In this document: one piece after another, positions 42,933 through 51,839 of the stretch
How the letters are laid out: every line of letters begins with the position of its first letter
Numbering within the stretch: the stretch's first letter is position 1
Assembly (NCBI GenBank): GCA_963716725.1
Contig: CAVQUB010000022.1
Coordinates: 32,001-96,000, forward strand
DNA from: an uncultured delta proteobacterium
Lineage (GTDB): Bacteria; Myxococcota_A; Polyangia; Polyangiales; Polyangiaceae
DNA length: 64,000 nucleotides
Direction of reading: 5' to 3'
The notes under the pieces: model-generated
The model's input: only the letters and a program-made list of their open reading frames with translations
What the model was told of the DNA's origin: nothing
The model's database searches: none
Program-made: the position numbers and the translations under genes

Positions 42933-43575
42933 GTGGTGCGAATCGAGCGTATCGAAGTCCGATCCGTCACGCGGCTTTTTGGCGCGACGCTGGCGCTGCG
43001 CGGGGTTTCCGCGGACTTTTTCCAGGGGCGAGCTGGTCTTTCTGGAGGGACCCAACGGCGCCGGCAAGAGCACCCTGCTGGCCGTCGTCGGAACCGTTCT
43101 CACTCCCAGCAGTGGATCGGTGCACTACGACCCGATCGGCAGCGACCGGGAGGGCGCCCGCGCTCACATCGGATGGGTCGCGCATGAGTCCCACTGCTAC
43201 CGTGAGCTCAGCGGGCGGCAAAACGTAGAGCTCGCCGCCCGGCTCCGCGGCGTCGAGCCGGTAGCGGCCTGGGAGTCAGCTTGCGAGCGGGTCGGCGCCC
43301 GCTCGTTCGGGGAACGTCGAGTCGCGACCCTGAGCCGCGGGCAGAAGCAGCGGATCGCCCTGGCAAGGGCTCTGGTCCACGAGCCGTCGATCCTCCTCCT
43401 GGATGAGCCGTTTTCAGGCTTGGACCCGGCGAGCTCGGAGCGACTCGAGCAGGTGCTGCTCGACGAACGCGACCGAGGCGCCATCGTCATCGTCGTCAAC
43501 CACTCGCTGGGGCTGGCCGATCGGCTCGGCGCTCGAACCGTCCGCATCGAGGCCGGGCGCGTGGTCAGCGCCTGA
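42933..43575 (+). CDS. ABC transporter ATP-binding protein (CcmA-like); +1 frameshift in T run 43017-43022
   Basis: GPNGAGKST, LSRGQKQR, LLLDEP. Confidence 0.8.
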
Positions 43576-44245
43576 ACGCGGCGGCGACGGCTTCGGCGAG
43601 CCCGTCGGCGTGGTCCTCCCCATACCCGAGCACGAAGGCAGGATCGGCGATGCCGAGCGCCCGCAGCTCGTCGGCGTTGGTCCCCGTCGACCCGTCGATC
43701 GATGGCGTCGACAGCGCCACGAGATCCGCCGGGCGTCCAAGTGCCCTCAGCGCGATCGAGGTGGCGCTCATCGAGTGCAGGACGCCCAGCGCATCTGGGC
43801 CGACGAGGAGAAGAAGCGCCGGGTCGAGGGCGACCGCGAGATCCAAGCAGCGGGCGTTCTCGGTGAGTGGGGAAAGCGCCCCACCCGCGGTCTCCACCAA
43901 GGAGTAAATGTATGGTGACGCGTCGTCACATAGGGCCAAACGAGACTCCTGGCTCTCGACCCAGGCTGACAGCTCTTTCACGTGGAACGGGCGCTTCTCA
44001 CGGCGGGCAGCCAGATGAGGTGACAGAGCTGCGCGCAGCTCCACCAGCGGATGGGGCTCGGCAGCAATTGGGTTCTCGACGTCGAAGCCGCGCGCGTCGT
44101 CGCGCCCGCCGGACTCGACGGGCTTGAGGGCCAGGGTGGGAGCTGACTTTCGCAGCGACCGCGCCAAGGCGCACGTCAGGCGTGTCTTTCCCACGCCGGT
44201 GCCCGTCCCGACCACCACTACTCGGCGCAAGCGCTGATCAGGCAT
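43565..44245 (-). CDS. bioD: Dethiobiotin synthase
   Basis: GTGTGVGKT, LKPVESG, SPHLAA, VETAGG. Confidence 0.9.
   Translation of the reverse strand: MPDQRLRRVVVVGTGTGVGKTRLTCALARSLRKSAPTLALKPVESGGRDDARGFDVENPIAAEPHPLVELRAALSPHLAARREKRPFHVKELSAWVESQESRLALCDDASPYIYSLVETAGGALSPLTENARCLDLAVALDPALLLLVGPDALGVLHSMSATSIALRALGRPADLVALSTPSIDGSTGTNADELRALGIADPAFVLGYGEDHADGLAEAVAAAFRR
43974..43989. promoter_or_regulatory. parS-like site inside bioD
   Basis: TCTTTCACGTGGAACG versus consensus TGTT(T/C)CACGTG(A/G)AACA. Confidence 0.55.
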
Positions 44246-45336
44246 ACCGCGAGGCGCTCGAGGGTAGCCTCGTCCAACGCCGAAGACACGGTGATTCTGA
44301 GCCGTGCGCCGTTATCCGGCACTGTCGGTGGCCGGATCGCTTGGGCGCGGAAGCCGTTGCCCTGAAGCGCCTCCGCGGCGCGCAGCGCGCGCGCGTTGTC
44401 CCCGAGCAAGATCGCAACGATGGGGCCTATCGAATCCGGGGGGAGCTTCAGACCTGCCCCGAGCAGCCGCGTCCGGAGGATCCGAGCCCAGGCGCTCACC
44501 TGCTCGCGGCGGAGGTCGTCGGCGCGCGCGCGGCGCACGTTCCGAAGCGTCAGGCAAGCCAGCAGCGGGGAGGGGGCGGTGGAGAAAACCAGGCTGCGAG
44601 CCCGGTTCCAGAGCCACCGTTTCAGCGCGTGTGAGCCTGCCACGAACGCGCCCTGTGATCCCACACCCTTGCCGAGGGTTCCGGTCAAGGCATCGGGCAA
44701 AACGCCAGCGGCCCGGCAGAGTCCGCCGCCTTCCGGCCCGAAAACCGCCAGCGCGTGGGCCTCGTCCACCAGCAGCGCTGCCGAGTGCTGGTCGCACACC
44801 CGCCGCAACCCCGGGAGATCCGCGAGATCCCCGTCCATGCTGAAGTAGGACTCGGTGACGACGAAGGCGCGGCGGCGTGGGGTCTCAGACGCCAAGGCAT
44901 GCGCGACCGACTCTACGCTGCGGTGCGGAACCACGGCCACTTCAGCCCGCGAGAGTCGGCATCCGTCAATGATCGACGCGTGGTTCAGCGCGTCCGAAAC
45001 CACGAGATCCCCGGGACCGCAGAGCGCCTGGAGGAGCCCAAGATTTGCCGCATAGCCGCTGGAAAACAGCAGACTGGACTCCATGCCGACCCAGTCTGCG
45101 AGCTCGGCCTCGAGCCCCAAATGCTGCTGGGTTGTCCCGAAAATCAAGCGAGAAGCCCCAGCTCCCAGCTCAGTCGCCGCACATTCGAGCAGTGTTGCAC
45201 GTGAAACAGGCTCTCGGGCGTAGCCGAGGTAGTCGTTCGAGGCGACATCCACCAAATCGCCGCGAGCCCCGGAAATCACGCGCAATAGCCCAGATTCAGA
45301 CAAGACCAAGAGCTCTTTCTCTAGAAAGCCGAGCAT
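44218..45336 (-). CDS. bioF: 8-amino-7-oxononanoate synthase
   Basis: SNDYLG, GAGASRL, SGYAAN, DALNHASIIDG, SMDGD, DEAHA, TLGK, IRPPTVP. Confidence 0.95.
   Translation of the reverse strand: MLGFLEKELLVLSESGLLRVISGARGDLVDVASNDYLGYAREPVSRATLLECAATELGAGASRLIFGTTQQHLGLEAELADWVGMESSLLFSSGYAANLGLLQALCGPGDLVVSDALNHASIIDGCRLSRAEVAVVPHRSVESVAHALASETPRRRAFVVTESYFSMDGDLADLPGLRRVCDQHSAALLVDEAHALAVFGPEGGGLCRAAGVLPDALTGTLGKGVGSQGAFVAGSHALKRWLWNRARSLVFSTAPSPLLACLTLRNVRRARADDLRREQVSAWARILRTRLLGAGLKLPPDSIGPIVAILLGDNARALRAAEALQGNGFRAQAIRPPTVPDNGARLRITVSSALDEATLERLAVCLISACAE
45193..45208. promoter_or_regulatory. parS-like site inside bioF
   Basis: TGTTGCACGTGAAACA, one mismatch to TGTTTCACGTGAAACA. Confidence 0.65.
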
Positions 45337-45550
45337 TTGCCAAACAGATAGCAGCTTCTGCCCTGCGGAGGGAGCCGCCACCCTGGAACGCGACCCGTGG
45401 CGCCGATGGCGACGCAAGAATACTGATCTGTTTTCTTTACAAACGCATGTAATATTAGCTACTTACGATGATCTGCGGGGTGTATGCGGGAAAAGCCCCT
45501 GTTTCGGCGGCGGTTCTTGTTGAAGCAAGAAAACGCTGTAGTCTTCTTGG

Positions 45551-46126
45551 GTGGCGCCTCGAGGCCTCTACCAACGCGGGCTCAGCCAAGCCGAACGGTG
45601 GGCTCTCCATCGCAGCCAGCTGATCCGCGCGACCGCCGAGATAATCAATCAGCGGCAGTCGCCGAGCGTGCAAAGCATCGTGCAGCTCGCGGGAAAGGGC
45701 CGAAACACGTTCTACGCGCACTTCGCCAACCTCGAGCAGGCCACGCGGGCGGTGGAGAGCAGCGCGGCGACCCTCGTGGCAGGTCGGGTCGAGGCCGGGT
45801 TGCGCGCGAGCGTTGGCCCGAGAGAACTCCTCAGCAGCGTCATTTCGGCGTGGCTGTCGGCGGCGACGCACGCGCCGGACTTGGTCGGAGCGTTTTTGTC
45901 GTCGGCGTCGAGTTCGCGTTGCGCGTTGCTGGCGCGTCAACACCTGCGCGGAGCCCTCGAGGAGGCGCGAAGCTCGGGTCTGATCAGCGGCAACATCGAC
46001 GAAGCGCGCCTGCTCGCCGCCGTCGGCTGCTTCCTCGCGCTGATCCGGATCCGCGTCGAAGGTCGCGCGGCCGCCGAAGCCCTGGAACGAGTCGCGGTGG
46101 AGGTACTGCTCCGGCTCTTCCGGTGA
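45551..46126 (+). CDS. TetR-family transcriptional regulator
   Basis: SVQSIVQLAGKGRNTFYAHF helix-turn-helix. Confidence 0.75.
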   Translation: MAPRGLYQRGLSQAERWALHRSQLIRATAEIINQRQSPSVQSIVQLAGKGRNTFYAHFANLEQATRAVESSAATLVAGRVEAGLRASVGPRELLSSVISAWLSAATHAPDLVGAFLSSASSSRCALLARQHLRGALEEARSSGLISGNIDEARLLAAVGCFLALIRIRVEGRAAAEALERVAVEVLLRLFR

Positions 46127-46171
46127 CCGCCGGGCATTTCCATCCGACTTCGCTGGTGCTACGGTCGACCA

Positions 46172-46504
46172 ATGAGCCGCGCGCCGGTCGAGCTTCGCGT
46201 GGGAGGACAGACCTATCGGGTCGTGGCCTCCGCGGGCGAGGCTCAGCTCCAGCGCTTGGCTGGGTTGGTCGACGACCGCCTACGCGAGCTCACTGGCGCT
46301 GGGCGATCGATCGCGCCGCAGTCGCTGTTGCTCGCGGCGATTTCCCTCGCCCACGACCTCGAAGAAGAGCGCGCCCGGCGCGAAGCCGTGGAGGTACGAT
46401 CGAGGGAAATGCTGCGCTCGGTCCTCCAGCGCATCGACGCCGCCCTCGAGGCCTTGCCGGAAGGTGGCGCCGAGGGATCCGACAGCCACGTGTCCGACCC
46501 CTGA
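46172..46504 (+). CDS. zapA: Cell division protein ZapA
   Basis: VELRVGGQTYRV...LA..VD.R.REL...LLAAISLA plus coiled coil. Confidence 0.85.
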   Translation: MSRAPVELRVGGQTYRVVASAGEAQLQRLAGLVDDRLRELTGAGRSIAPQSLLLAAISLAHDLEEERARREAVEVRSREMLRSVLQRIDAALEALPEGGAEGSDSHVSDP

Positions 46505-46512
46505 AGCCCGGC

Positions 46513-47076
46513 TCAGTCGTCGTCGCGATCTCGGCCGGCGAGCCACTCGTAGCCAATGAGGAACGGCAACGCCAAGACCAGGCCGTCGATCTGCGCCGCG
46601 ATCACCAGCGTGTTGTGCTTCGGGCCCTTCAGATCGTGTTCGACGCCGAGCACGAGCCCACCCGCCATGACGTAGCTCGAGTGGAAGTTGAACGACCGGC
46701 TACCGAAGAACAGCCAGCCGGAAAGTCCCGGGTTCCAGGAGTCTTCGCGGCGAGCGTATCCGCCGGCAGAGAGCCCCAGCGGCAGGTACTTGGTCACCGG
46801 CAGCAGCAGCGTCGCGCCGCCGCCGAGTCGGAGATCGTCGAAGCCCGCGCTGGTGACGCTCAAGAAGGGTCCCGCGCTCGCGTCCGAGTAACGCTTGCGG
46901 CCGAAGAGCACGTCACCGCGGACGCCGTTGTACCAACAGGTGTCTTGCCAGTAGGCGCCGTCGGCTCCGCGCCCGCAGACTCCGGTCAGCGCGCTGGCGT
47001 TCCACTGCGGCTCCGCCTGCGCGGCCGTCGTGAAGGAGAGCGTCGCCGCGAGGACGACGAGCGCGGCCCGGATCAT
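46513..47076 (-). CDS. Exported hypothetical protein, possibly a small beta-barrel
   Basis: Signal peptide ending AQA; alternating beta-strand pattern. Confidence 0.65.
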   Translation of the reverse strand: MIRAALVVLAATLSFTTAAQAEPQWNASALTGVCGRGADGAYWQDTCWYNGVRGDVLFGRKRYSDASAGPFLSVTSAGFDDLRLGGGATLLLPVTKYLPLGLSAGGYARREDSWNPGLSGWLFFGSRSFNFHSSYVMAGGLVLGVEHDLKGPKHNTLVIAAQIDGLVLALPFLIGYEWLAGRDRDDD

Positions 47077-47084
47077 CGGCCACG

Positions 47085-47801
47085 CTAGGGCGTTTGGCAG
47101 GCCGGATCGGACGCGGCGCAGAAGCGACAATCGACGTAGTCGTCCTGGCCGATTCGGCAGCCCTGAGGCTCGTCGAACTCTTCCGTCGAGGTGCAGGCGT
47201 AGGTCGGCAGCTGAGCTGGATCGGCGGCCGAGAGCGGATAGCTGATGAGGCACCGATCACAGGTGTAGATCGGGTAGCGGAGCGCTGCCGAGGTGATTTC
47301 TTGGCCGCCCAGCGTTTCGCCAAACGCCCGGACTTCGACCAGATACAGGCCATTGGGAACGATCCCCACGCCGGCTGGGATCAGCGTCGTCGCGATCACC
47401 CCGTAGGCCGGGTCCTCTCCGGCTCCCACGTCGACGAAGCCGACTCCAGGCACCGTGAACTCCGCGATGGTCGCCTCTTGGTCGTCCATCAGGATGACCT
47501 CGGCGCCCTTGAGCACGACGCGGCTCGACTCCGTTCGGAGTTGGTCCTTCTTGCCACGCTTCGCGAGTTGGTTTCCGACCAAGAGGGCGGCGTCGTAGGT
47601 GCTCGTGAAGTGCAGATCCATCACTCCGCCGAGCAGCATGACGGAGTTGGCGTCGCCTTTTGCGATGCACTCGCCGGGCTCGAGTTTGAGCACGGCGCGG
47701 ACGAACAGCATCGTGTCGTTTTCCGCACAGCCCTGGGTTGCCAGAGCGACGGGGGACAAGAGCCCACCAATCACGAGTGCTTTGGTCATGAACCGGCGCA
47801 T
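47085..47801 (-). CDS. Hypothetical lipoprotein
   Basis: ATQGC lipobox; Cys-containing C-terminus. Confidence 0.75.
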   Translation of the reverse strand: MRRFMTKALVIGGLLSPVALATQGCAENDTMLFVRAVLKLEPGECIAKGDANSVMLLGGVMDLHFTSTYDAALLVGNQLAKRGKKDQLRTESSRVVLKGAEVILMDDQEATIAEFTVPGVGFVDVGAGEDPAYGVIATTLIPAGVGIVPNGLYLVEVRAFGETLGGQEITSAALRYPIYTCDRCLISYPLSAADPAQLPTYACTSTEEFDEPQGCRIGQDDYVDCRFCAASDPACQTP

Positions 47802-47927
47802 GGGAAACCTCGATGTCGTGCGCACGCTGGGATCACGCGCGTTGAACCGAAGTGTATCGAGTGCAGCGCGGCTGCGCCAAGAATCGCGGTGCTCGATGCG
47901 ATCACTTCACTAAGTCTGGGCGTCCGC

Positions 47928-49487
47928 TCAGTTGAGCTGAGCAAGCCGTCTCAGCTGCTCGAGGGGCAACAGTTGGGTTTCGACGCGCCCCGGCGCCGAA
48001 ACCATCACGAAGTGGATGTAGGTCCCCTGGCGCTTCTTGTCGCGGCCGAGGATGGCTAGCGCGTCGTCCAGTCCGTTGGCCCTGAGCTCGACGGGCAGTC
48101 CCAACCGCATTAGGAGCCCGCGCACTCGCTCGGAAGTTGGGTGACTCGTGACTCCCAGGCGCTGCCCGACCTGCAGGGCCGCGACGAGCCCGAGCGATAC
48201 CGCTTCGCCATGGGTGTAGCAGCGATAGCCGGTGCTCGCCTCGAGCGCGTGCCCGATCGTATGACCCAGATTGAGTACGCGTCTGAGCCCCGACTCGCGC
48301 TCGTCGAGCGATACGATGCGCGCCTTGACGGCGACGCTGCGGAGAACGATCTCGATCAAGCTGGAGGGGTCACGGGCAACCACCGCGTCGGCTCTTGCTT
48401 CCAGCAGATCGAGCAGCTCCGGGTCGCCTATCAGCGCAGTCTTCACCACCTCCGAGAGCGCGCTGACGAAACCGCGCTGGGGCTCGGTCGACAGCAGGGC
48501 GATGTCACAGAGCACCCCGGCGGGTTGCCAGAAGGCGCCGACCGAGTTCTTCGAGTCGTCCAGATCGACCGCGGTCTTGCCGCCCACGGATGCATCGACC
48601 ATCGCCAGTAGCGTGGTCGGTACGGCGAGCCAGCGCGTGCCTCGCATCCAGGTTGCGGCTGCGAAACCGGTGATGTCCGACACCACGCCCCCGCCGAACG
48701 CCACCAGCGTGCTCTCGCGGTCCAGGTCATGGGCCAGGGCTGCGCGCCAGATTTGTTCGAGCGCGCGGGGCGTCTTGTGCTGCTCGCCCGGTTCGAGTTC
48801 CAGGGGTTCGGCGCCCGGCAGCGCCGCCGCGAGGGTTGAGCCGTGCGCGGCAAGCACGTTCCTGTCGGTCACTACCAGGGTCTTGGTGGCTTCCGCCGTC
48901 AGAACCCCGAGTCGCTCCCGGACGATGGCGCTGCCCACCTCGATCGCATAGCTGCGCTCGCCGGCGGCCACGGCAATAGCTCGGCGATTCCACGCCGCCT
49001 GCACGGCGCGCGCGGACTCGTCGACGTCGCCCCGCCCGGTGTCGACCCGCGCGTGCGCCTCGGCGTAGGCAGGTCGACGTGCCGCCAGCAGCTCGGCTGC
49101 GCGCGCCCTCGGGTCCGGGCCCGCCAAGAGCGGGCGCGGCGTGGCTCCCGCTCGCGACAGCACGACGTCGAGCGGCGCGTCGAGGCAGACGACGCAGGCG
49201 CGATCGAGGGCGTCGAGGCGAAGATCCCGCGAGAGCAGAGCGCCACCGCCCAGAGCGATCACTCGCCGCGTCGGCTCCGCCAGGACACGCTCGAGCTCGG
49301 CGCGCTCCAGCCTTCGAAACCCGGCTTCGCCCACCGACTCGAAGATCTCCGAGACCCTGGCGCCGGCCCGGCGCTCGATGGCCACGTCCAAGTCATCGAA
49401 TGGGACGCCCTCGAGCTCCGCGACGCGCCGGCCGACGGTGGACTTTCCGGTCGCCATGAAGCCGTTGAGGAGCAGCGGACGGGTCAT
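47928..49487 (-). CDS. aroB: Shikimate kinase / 3-dehydroquinate synthase fusion
   Basis: GFMATGKSTVG, ALGGG; then GGGVVSD, PTTLLAMVDASVGGKT, LNLGHTIGHA, HGEAV. Confidence 0.95.
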   Translation of the reverse strand: MTRPLLLNGFMATGKSTVGRRVAELEGVPFDDLDVAIERRAGARVSEIFESVGEAGFRRLERAELERVLAEPTRRVIALGGGALLSRDLRLDALDRACVVCLDAPLDVVLSRAGATPRPLLAGPDPRARAAELLAARRPAYAEAHARVDTGRGDVDESARAVQAAWNRRAIAVAAGERSYAIEVGSAIVRERLGVLTAEATKTLVVTDRNVLAAHGSTLAAALPGAEPLELEPGEQHKTPRALEQIWRAALAHDLDRESTLVAFGGGVVSDITGFAAATWMRGTRWLAVPTTLLAMVDASVGGKTAVDLDDSKNSVGAFWQPAGVLCDIALLSTEPQRGFVSALSEVVKTALIGDPELLDLLEARADAVVARDPSSLIEIVLRSVAVKARIVSLDERESGLRRVLNLGHTIGHALEASTGYRCYTHGEAVSLGLVAALQVGQRLGVTSHPTSERVRGLLMRLGLPVELRANGLDDALAILGRDKKRQGTYIHFVMVSAPGRVETQLLPLEQLRRLAQLN

Positions 49488-49560
49488 GCGCGGACGTTGC
49501 CAGAGCTCCGTGCGCGAGGCCACTGCTTCGGGTCAGGACTCGGGCTACGCTGCGTCGCGC

Positions 49561-49863
49561 GTGGACCAGCTCGTGATCGAGGACACCGATGCCGGGGCTC
49601 GCCTGCGGGTGTGGGTCAAACCCCGAGCGTCGAAGAGCCGCGTGGTGGGCGTGCGCGAGGGGAACCTGGCGGTCGCCGTCGCGGCGCCGCCCGTCGACGG
49701 CGAAGCGAACGCGGAGCTCACCCAATTTCTGGCGAAGACGCTGGGCGTGGCGAGAACGGCGGTGAGCGTGCTCAGCGGTGAATCGTCGCGGACCAAGCTG
49801 CTGGTGGTTCGCGGGGTCGACGCTGCAACGGTCCGGCGTATGCTCGGAGCGGCCATCACATGA
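49561..49863 (+). CDS. DUF167 (YggU-like) protein
   Basis: VWVKPRASK...AAPPVDGEAN...GESSRTK. Confidence 0.9.
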   Translation: MDQLVIEDTDAGARLRVWVKPRASKSRVVGVREGNLAVAVAAPPVDGEANAELTQFLAKTLGVARTAVSVLSGESSRTKLLVVRGVDAATVRRMLGAAIT

Positions 49864-50660
49864 AGATCGATTTCGACAAGTACGAAGGCCTCGGCAACGA
49901 CTTCATCGTAATCGAGGCCGCCGATCACCAGTTGCTTTCCGCCGACCGCGCCAGGGCGCTCTGCGACCGTCACTTTGGCGTCGGTGCCGACGGTGTGCTG
50001 CTGGTCGCGCCGCCGACCAGCGCTGGATCTCGGGGCCGCATGGTCGTGCTCAACGCCGACGGGTCGCGGCCCGAGATGTGCGGCAACGGCATCCGCTGCG
50101 TGGCGCTCCACTTGGCACGGCGCGACCGCGCCAACGGCATCAGCTACGCGATTGACACGGACGCGGGGCCGCTGGCTTGCGAGGTCGAACGCGAGGGCGA
50201 CTCCGGCTGGGTTCGGGTCGGCATGGGGCGGGGTCGCCCGCTCGACGACCACCGGGTCGAGCTGGACGGGAGAGTCGTGGAGTTTGCTCGAGTCTCGATG
50301 GGAAATCCCCACGCGATCAGCTTCGACGAGCCGCTCGATCCGAGTCACGCTGACCGGCTCGGTCCGCTGGTGTCCCGGGGGTTCCCCGAGGGCACGAACG
50401 TCGAGCTCGCCCGAAGGACTGGCGAAGACGCCTTCGACCTGGTGGTGTGGGAGCGAGGTGTCGGCCGCACGCTGGCGTGCGGGACCGGCGCGGCGGCCAC
50501 CGCCGTGGCGGCGGTTCGGTCCGGGCGCGCGGGATATGGGCGCCCCATCACCATCGCTTTGCCCGGCGGCGGGCTAGAAATGACGGTGACCGAGGGCACG
50601 CTCGAGGTGAGCATGCGAGGCCCGGCTCGCCGGGTGTTCAGCGGCCAGACGGACGCATGA
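49860..50660 (+). CDS. dapF: Diaminopimelate epimerase
   Basis: GLGNDF, GVGADG, EMCGNG, MGNPH, ERGVG.TLACGTG. Confidence 0.95.
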   Translation: MKIDFDKYEGLGNDFIVIEAADHQLLSADRARALCDRHFGVGADGVLLVAPPTSAGSRGRMVVLNADGSRPEMCGNGIRCVALHLARRDRANGISYAIDTDAGPLACEVEREGDSGWVRVGMGRGRPLDDHRVELDGRVVEFARVSMGNPHAISFDEPLDPSHADRLGPLVSRGFPEGTNVELARRTGEDAFDLVVWERGVGRTLACGTGAAATAVAAVRSGRAGYGRPITIALPGGGLEMTVTEGTLEVSMRGPARRVFSGQTDA

Positions 50661-50701
50661 CACCCCTCGACACCGGATCGGTGCGCGCTTAGACCCGTGC
50701 T

Positions 50702-51772
50702 GTGCCCGACAAGAAGAAGATCGCAATCATCGGGGGAGATGGCATCGGACCGGAGGTGACCCGGGAGGCGACACGGCTCCTCGAGCAGTACGCCGACCGT
50801 GGTCTGCCGATTCAGCTCTGGCAACTCGACCTCGGCGCCGAACGCTTCTTGCGCGACGGCACCACCATGCCGAAAGAGATCTTCATTGCGATTCAGCGCG
50901 AGTGCTCGGCCGTCCTGCTCGGCGCGCTTGGCGATCCGCGGGTGCCCAGCATGGAGCACGCTCGCGACATCCTGTTCGGGCTGCGCTTCGGGCTGGACCT
51001 CTACGCCAACATCCGGCCAGTGAAGGCCCTCGAGGATCGGCTGGTTCCGCTCAAGGGGCGTGGGAAGAAGGACGTGAACTTCGTCGTGTTCCGGGAAAAC
51101 ACCGAGGGCATCTATGTCGGCGTCGGCGGACAGGTGAAGCGAGGGACTCCCGACGAGATCGCGATCAACGAGGACGTGAATACGCGCAAGGGCGTGGAGC
51201 GCATCATCCGCGCAGCCTTCGAGTTCACCAAAGCACAGGGTCGTAAGCGCGTGCACATGGCCGACAAGTCGAACGCCATGCGGCATGCGCACGAGCTCTG
51301 GCTGCGGGTTTTCGACGAGGTTCGCCGGGAATACCCGGAGATCCAGGCGACTCATGTCTACATCGACGCGCTCTGCCTCTACATGGTCCAAGACCCGAGC
51401 CAGTTCGACGTCGTGGTCACCAACAACCTCTTTGGCGACATCGTCACCGATCTCGGCGCTGCGTTCCAAGGTGGGCTGGGCATGGCGGCGAGCGCCAATG
51501 TGCACCCCGCGATCCCGGGTCGGGTCGGCCTCTTCGAGCCGGTTCACGGATCGGCGCCGCCGCTGGCGGGCAAGAACGTCGCCAACCCCTTCGCGGCGCT
51601 TCTGACCGTCGGCATGCTGCTCTCCCACCTCGGATGGCCGGACGAAGAGCGGCGGATCGAGGCGGCCGTTTCGGACGCGCTCGAGGCCGGCAAGTGCACC
51701 GCGGACGTCGGCGGCTCGCTGAGCACCGATGCGGCGGCGGCGGCGGTCATCGAGCGCCTGAGAGCGGGCTGA
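50702..51772 (+). CDS. Isopropylmalate/tartrate/isocitrate dehydrogenase family protein
   Basis: GDGIGPEV, RENTEG, DKSN, NLFGDIVTD, EPVHGSAP. Confidence 0.9.
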   Translation: MPDKKKIAIIGGDGIGPEVTREATRLLEQYADRGLPIQLWQLDLGAERFLRDGTTMPKEIFIAIQRECSAVLLGALGDPRVPSMEHARDILFGLRFGLDLYANIRPVKALEDRLVPLKGRGKKDVNFVVFRENTEGIYVGVGGQVKRGTPDEIAINEDVNTRKGVERIIRAAFEFTKAQGRKRVHMADKSNAMRHAHELWLRVFDEVRREYPEIQATHVYIDALCLYMVQDPSQFDVVVTNNLFGDIVTDLGAAFQGGLGMAASANVHPAIPGRVGLFEPVHGSAPPLAGKNVANPFAALLTVGMLLSHLGWPDEERRIEAAVSDALEAGKCTADVGGSLSTDAAAAAVIERLRAG

Positions 51773-51839
51773 GCGCGGCGCTGGGGCACGAGGATCCGAA
51801 AAATGGGGCTTTTCTCCGGCCTGTGTTAGGCCCGGGGCG

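Noticed and set aside
45420..45475. dif site or replication origin
   Set aside because: No XerD arm (TTATGTTAAA-like) and no DnaA-box cluster seen
46505..46512. 6S RNA downstream of zapA
   Set aside because: Only 8 bp separate zapA from the convergent gene
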